A stretch of DNA of 64,000 nucleotides from Amphiscolops sp. MND2022 (taxonomy: Eukaryota), in NCBI GenBank assembly GCA_964187785.1, contig OZ076421.1, forward strand, positions 21,018,001 through 21,082,000, given 5' to 3'. The translations under genes were made by a program, and so were the position numbers. The notes below the pieces were generated by a model that had not been told where the DNA came from, made no database searches, and worked only from the letters and a program-made list of their open reading frames with translations. This document shows positions 57,022 through 64,000 of this stretch, one piece after another (within the stretch, counting starts at the first letter, position 1; every line of letters starts with the position of its first letter).

Positions 57022-58777
57022 TTCAGAGTTTTTGGTGTCTCTATAATTTGGGAAAGTAGTTGTAGCAGTGGTTTATGGATTCAAAACATATATCACTTAG
57101 TTTTTACTCAATGAAAAATTTTATTTTTAAATTTCGAATTGAGGCTCTACTTTGAGATTCATCTGAATCTTGGAACAACTTGAGACCGACAGAAAATTGG
57201 AATGGAATGATAATGCACACATAGTAATATAGAAACATTTCATTGTTGGTATTTTTAGTACTTTTTCGACAGAATTCTGCTTGAAAACAAAGTGGCAACA
57301 TAAAAACTAGCATTCAACTCGTTGTTTTCGACAAATTCCTGTTTCCCAAATTTCCGAAGCGAAGTAAGTAAAAGTGTTTTTCAGAAGGTAACTTATTGAC
57401 TGATTTCTGGAGAATGAAACAAAAAATGAAGTCGAAACTAGAAAATTGAAAAAAAAACAAAGACTGGAGACACAATTATGAATGATTTGTATTCACAATC
57501 TTTGAGGCCGTTCATCTGCATTTAAGCTTCAATCATGCTGTTCATTACAGCTAAATTGCATTCAAACATGGTGAAACAAAATAAGCTTTTTGTTTCAGCT
57601 ACTATTATCTTTATCTTGACAAACCCGTAAGCTCCAAACGGTCAAATTAATTCACGATAACTACGACTTTGTTTCTCTGGCGACAACTTTCTGTGATTTT
57701 TGTTGTGCAGTAAAAAGATCTACCTTTCATTTAAAAACTTTGCATCAAAATTTTCCTATCACCTGAGGGCTCAGGTGATTTTTTGTTATCGATTTTTTTC
57801 CTGGCCGACCGCCGATCATTGCTTAAACACTTGGCTGCAACTATGGTCAAACCAAGAAGAGATAGTATTCTAAAAACGGCGCCAACTAAGAAAAGCAGAA
57901 TATTTTATCCGATATCCATGTTGTGGAGATGGGCACCCGAAAATATCTTTTTCTTCGGTTTTTGCCGTAAGGAAAACTTTTGCATCTATTTGACTCAATA
58001 TGAAGTTATTGTTTCAGGAAATGGCTGTGCCCACTTAATGAGAAAACATCGATGAGGTTTTTTCAGATTGACTTCAATTACAGTCTGCTTCAAAAAAGAG
58101 AAAAATTCACTATTGACATCAGCAAATAAACGAAACAACAAGAACAATTTATTCAATTGTTCAAAACTAAACAAGCAAACATAAAGAATTTTTTCCTTTG
58201 AATAAGTATATCCAATTAAGATGCCAAGCTAAAAAGAAGAAAAAACACCAAACAGTCACATTTCACGGAGCAAAAAAACAACGAATTTCAAACCAACGAA
58301 AAGATAGTGATGAGATAAATTTCGAACCAAGGTTGCTCCAAAGATTCTATCTTGTCTAGGAAAGTTAGGTTCAATGTTGATGTTGTAATTTTTCGGTGTT
58401 ATCCACAGAATGGCTTCCTCAGCTACGATTGTTACATTCGCTCCATGCAAAAATTTTTTCATTACAACTGTAACATGTCAAATTTCTCCGAAGTTGAAGT
58501 CTCCTAGGTTTAAAATTCTGAAGTTAAAATTCGCCCCTGCATTCAGGGCAGTATTGGTATGTGAACGTAGATAATCATGATTCCAGAAAATGGGAGATTT
58601 CAACTTACATTCGAACCTGATACCCATTACAACACTAAATGAAAAATGTTTGTGCTCGGCATTCTGAGACATGCTATCCTTGCCAAGATCATGCGAAAAC
58701 ATGGAAAGTTTGACATGATTCTGTAAAAACATATTTGATACCCTAGTCAAAATTTCATCATGACTAGCTAGAGTGTC

Positions 58778-61700
58778 TGTGACATTATTATGCATTACGT
58801 CACAATTAGGTTCAGACCATAGAGGTTATCATTGTACTTAGACAGTCAAGAACCTGTCAGCATTTGAGTTTGATACCGCTTGTACATGTATATTATTACT
58901 ATAGCATAACGTTCCTATGAAAGTCAGTTGAGATTAGAACGGAATAGGAATACATTGTTACAAGCTGATTCTCCTTCACCTTACCATTACGAAGATATAG
59001 AACATGGCGCAGTCAGATTGAACAAAATGGAAAATAGCAAAATTTTGGAGAGCACAAGCTCTTCAAACGGAGAAGCCTCGGAACGAGGAGACACAAAAAA
59101 TGAGGAAACACATCGAAAGATTTTCCTACCCACTTTCGAGAAAAGGGGAATTCAAGAAGCCAAACTGTGCTGGCGCATTTTCACACAGTACACAAACATG
59201 AAACAAAACATTGATCTGAATATAATGACCACCGACAGAGAAAAATTGGAAAAAAATCGAGCAGAACTCGAACAACGTATTAAAGACATATTTGAATGGG
59301 CACTGTGTGAATGTGCCATCACCGAAATGACCAGGACCGTTCGAGACAAGGATCCAAACAGAATGGATATAAACCAAATATATTCATTAATCAGACTACA
59401 TTTCATCCCAGAACGCAACAAGTTTCACAGCCGAGCCGATTTTTTCGGTATTTAAAGAGAGAAAAATGAAACAGCTGAAGACGTCTGGACACAACTTCTA
59501 CAAGTAGAAAAGAATTGCGAATTCGAAAACATGACCCCGACAGAATTAATCGCCTCAAAGTTTCTATCCCTGATCGGAAAATCAACGGAGGATTATGAAT
59601 TGAAGAAGAAAATACGAAAGAGCGACATGACCATTGAGACAATTACGGACGAGATACAGGAGTTATCTACAAAAATTTGAACGAGTCACACATTTCGAAC
59701 GATGGCAAAGAGATAAACACATTCAAGAACTACAATACAAACAATAATGGTCTGATAAATCCAGTTACAAAAGACCCAAGAAGAAACCGGACAGTCAAAA
59801 ACCAAAATACAAAGAAAACCGATGCGGACAATGCGGCGCACCAAAATGGTCAAGAATGCACAACTGTCTGGCAAAATCAGCCGAATGTCGTAAATGCAAA
59901 AGAAGGGGACATTACGAGAAGATGTGCAGATCACTGAAGAAAATACAACACATCGAATGAATGTCATCATCAGCAGAAGAAGACGATTGGAATTACAACA
60001 AACTTCAGAAGATAAATGGTAACGATCACAAAATCTTTTACAAACAACACAAGTGGTTAACGAGAGGCAAACCAAATTCATTAGAGACAGCGGCTCACCA
60101 GTCACACTAATCCCAAATTGCTTATTCAACAGAACAACTGAAGTGGAACCACTAATTACCACTTATAGAGATGAAAAGAACCATCAGATTTAATCCAATG
60201 GACAAACAAAAGCACTGGTGAAAACAAACAACAAGACGATAAAAATACCACTACTGATAACAAAAGCAACATCACCGTTGATGGGATTAGACTTGATGAA
60301 ACGGCTGGGAATACACCTCAATGCAGCAAACAGCGAAATACAAATAAACAACGTCAAACTGGATGACACCGAAAGTAAAACAGCCCAACTTAAACACGAA
60401 TTCAAGGATCTATTCTACAATAACAAAGAGAATAAAGATCTATCAGTGAAAATCAATGTAAAAGAAGGGGTACAAATTATACAACAGAAAAGACGACCAA
60501 TACAAACACACTTACAAAAACAAGTGGCAAAAGAACTTTAAAACGATTGATAGAAAATGGACATCTGGAAAGAGCGACCAAAATAACTGAAGACTGTTTC
60601 GTGAGTCCCGCAGTAAAAACAGTAAAGAAAGAGAAGTGAGTCAAAATAGCACTAGATTCACGAATAATGAACGAAGTAACATTAAAACGAAAAGCACAAA
60701 TGCCATACACGGAAGAACTAATTTTAAGGTTTTCAACAAAATTATCAGAAGGAGATGACGGTGAAACTCTGGCAACAAAACTAGGTTTCGAGTATGCCTA
60801 CGGACAAATTAAACTAGACGAAAAGACAAGAAATCTATGTATATTTACAGTTAAGGGTAGAGAATTCACTGACTACTACCGTTTCTTGAAAAGATTTTAT
60901 GGTCTGGCAGGTAACCCAACAATTTTCCAAGAACGGATCAATAGAACACTGGAATACAAACATCCGGAAGGGCTTCACTATATAAAATTAGTAACGAAAG
61001 GAGATGTAAAGAAACACGAAGCAGAAGTAAGAGAAACGATGAAACAACTCGAAAACGCTGGTTTCAGACTAAACCCAAAGCAGTGCGAATTCTTTGACCG
61101 AGAAATTGAATGGGTGGGTCAAAAATTTGACCAAATTAAAAAAGATCGAACAATTGGAAAAAGAAGAACCAACAGCAGAAACACTTGTCTTAACAAATAG
61201 ATGGAAAGAACTGGTCGAAGCGAACGGTTATAAAATGACGAGTGGAGTCTGGAAGAAATATAACACCGCCAGATTTCACCGAATGGAAATTAAACGATAA
61301 TGAAAAGGAACTAGACCAAAAAATGAACAGATAAAGAAACCTGGCAAAGAATGGAACAACATAGTAAAGAAACCCTGGAAGAACGAGAACTGTTCAGACA
61401 GACAAAACATACGAGAAGAACTGTTCAGAGTCATTGAAAAAATCAGAAACACACCAATCCAAAACAATACGAACGAACAAGGGACCAGTAAAGACACGAC
61501 AACAGAAGAAACGGATGATTACAGCGAAGAAACAACATCAAACAATTCAAACGACTCAATGGATGTACCGGCGATAAATTTCGAACAGTACCTGGGAGTA
61601 CGGGAGCCAGGTACATTCGAATGGGCCAAGCAAGTCACGTCCATGAAAATAAGGAATGTAACCTATAAGAAACAAAAAGGCAGGATCAACAAACAATATA

Positions 61701-64000
61701 GGAACCTTAAGAAGAAACAAAAAGGCAGGCTGAGCAAAAGTTTTCAACAGATCTAAAGATGATCGCAATGGAAACAACAAACGATGACAAACTGTTAAAA
61801 ACATAAGTCTGCATGAAACGAAAAACAACAGCACGAATCCCCGACGACTACAAACAGTACATCAAAAATCTATTACCATGATTCGGGGCAATGATCTACG
61901 ACGACAAGATAATACTGCCAAAAAGACTTAGAAACACTCTAATCACCCTACTCCATGAAAGACATCCTTTGACTGACAAGATGCCGCACGCAGCAAAACC
62001 ATTTTGATGGCCAAGGAAGAGCGAAAAAATTCAACAAAAAAGCGACGAATGTATACCCTGCAAAGTGACAGGTAAGAACATTAAGCCTCAATTACCAATG
62101 ACAGAGGTTAATTACTCACCACCAATCGAAAAACCAAACCAAGAAATTCAATTGGATTTCATTGGACCAATAGGATTTGAACAAAGACGATTCTTCGTAT
62201 TAGTATCAATATATTGATACAGTAGGTGGCCTGCAGCGTGCATCTGCGAAACACCTACATGCAAAACGGCAACAAGTTTTTTGGAACAAGACATAATCCG
62301 TAATGGATGACACCGAAAGAAAAACAGCCCAACTAAAACACAAATTCAAGGATCTATTCTACAATAACAAAGAGATTAAAGATCTATCAGTGAAAATCAA
62401 TCCAAAGGAAGGGGCACAAATTATACAACAAAAAAGACGACCTATACCAACACACTTACAAAAACAACTGGCAAAAGAATTTTAAAACGATTGATAGAAA
62501 TTGGATATCTGGAAAGAGCAACCGAAATAACTGAAGACTGTTTCGTGAGTCCCGCAGTATTAACAGTAAAGAAAGACAAAAGAGTCAAAATAGCACCAGA
62601 TTCACGAATAATGAACGAAGTAGCAATAAAAGGAAAAGCACAAATGCCATACATGGAAGAACTAATTTGAAGATTTGCAACAAAATTATCAGAAGGAGAA
62701 GACAGTGAAACTCTGGCAACAAAACAAGATTTCGAGTATGGTCTGGCAGGTATCCCAACAATTTTCCAAGAACGGATCGATAGAACACTGGAATACAATC
62801 ATCCGGAAGGGCTTCACTACATAACAGTAGTAACGAAAGAAGATGTAAAGAAACACGAAGCAGAAGTAAGAGAAACGACGAAACAACTCGAAAACGCTGG
62901 TTACAGACTAAACCCAAAGCGGTGCGAATTCTGTAAACGAGAAATTGAATGGGTGGGTCATAAATTTGACCAAATTAAAAAAGATCGAACAATTGGAAAA
63001 AGAAGACCCAACAGCAGAAACACTTGTCTTAACAAATAGATGGAAAGAACTGGTCAAACCGAACGGTTATAAAATAACGAATGGAGTCTGGAAGAAATAT
63101 AACACCGCGAGATTTCACCGAATGGAAATTAAACGAGATTGAGAAGGAACTAGACCAAAAGATGATCAGACAAAGAAACCTGGCAAAGAAGGGAACAGCA
63201 TAGTAAAGAAACACTGGAAGAACGAGAACTTTTCAGACAGACAAAACAAACGAGAAGAACTGTTCAGAGTAATTGAGAAAATCAGAAACACACCAATCCA
63301 AAACAATACGAACGAATAAGGGACCAGTAAAGACACGACAACAGAAGAAACGGATGATTTCAGCCAAGAAACAACATCAAACAATTCAAACGACTCAATG
63401 GACGTACCGGCGACAACTTTCGAACAGTACCTGGGAGCGACGGGAGCCAGGTACATTCAAATGGGCCAAGCAAGTCACGTCCATGAAAATAAGGAATGTA
63501 ACCTATAAGAAACAAAAAGGCAGGATCAACAAACAATATAGGAACCTTAAAAAGAAACAATAAGGCACGCTGAGCAAAAGTTTTCAACAGATATAAAGAT
63601 GATCGCAATAGAAAGAACAAACGATGACAAACTGTTAAAAACATAAGTCTGCCGGGAATGAAAAACAACAGCACAAATCCACGACGACTACAAACAGTAC
63701 ACCAAAAATCTATCAACACGATTCGGGGCTATTATCTACGACGACAAGATACTAGTGCCAAAAAGCCTTAGAAACACTCTAATCACCCTACTCCATGAAG
63801 AACATCCCTTGACTGACAAGATGCCGCACGCAGCAAAACCATTTTGGTGGCCAAGGAAAAACGCAAAAAAATTCAACAAAAATGAGACGAATGTATACCC
63901 TGCAAAGTGACAGGTAAGAACTTTAAGCCTCATTTACCAATGACAGAGGTTAATTACTTACCACCAACGAAAAAACCAAATCAAGTAATTCAATTGGATT
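58778..64000 (+). mobile_element. Decayed Ty3/Gypsy element C (short LTR, PBS TGGCGCAGTC at 59005, gag and pol fragments), running off the window
   Basis: gag-like LHFIPERNKFHSRADFF, protease-like DSGSPVTLIP, RT VSPAV...ALDSR, and integrase QEIQLDFIGP. Many stops. The LTR start is tentative. Confidence 0.75.
60361..64000 (+). repeat. Tandem duplication of ~1.94 kb of element C pol (60361-62303 and 62304 to the window end)
   Basis: Both units start GGATGACACCGAAAG and are colinear. The second unit has a deletion in RT near 62740. Confidence 0.85.

Overview
AT-rich, repeat-dense animal genomic region with spliceosomal introns and one 200-N gap. The retroelement families look to me like those of acoel worms, but this is unverified recall. 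Contents in order: (1) an old ~20.5-kb Ty3/Gypsy element (47-20567, - strand, ~2.05-kb LTRs, gag starting inside the LTR) with a degenerate, apparently spliced antisense zinc-finger gene between pol and its 3' LTR; (2) nested in its integrase tail, a very young 6.2-kb BEL/Pao-derived non-autonomous element with a 978-aa ORF and no RT; (3) CR1-like LINE fragments, a decayed BEL/Pao copy, CCC...GGG MITEs and small satellites; (4) a putative secreted stefin/cystatin gene; (5) a young, near-intact retrovirus-like Gypsy element (~39.4-52.0 kb, - strand); (6) a complete 3-exon rhodopsin-like GPCR gene; (7) a decayed Gypsy element with a tandemly duplicated pol. Element (5) is the standout. It has two small leader ORFs (one with PPxY plus a transmembrane segment), gag, a -1-frameshifted pol with a TARG1/OARD1-type macrodomain between RNase H and integrase, a class-I-fusion env, a hairpin-repeat array, and a 3' ORF ending in a DnaJ J-domain with an HPD motif. 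All calls come from reading the sequence by eye; no searches were run.
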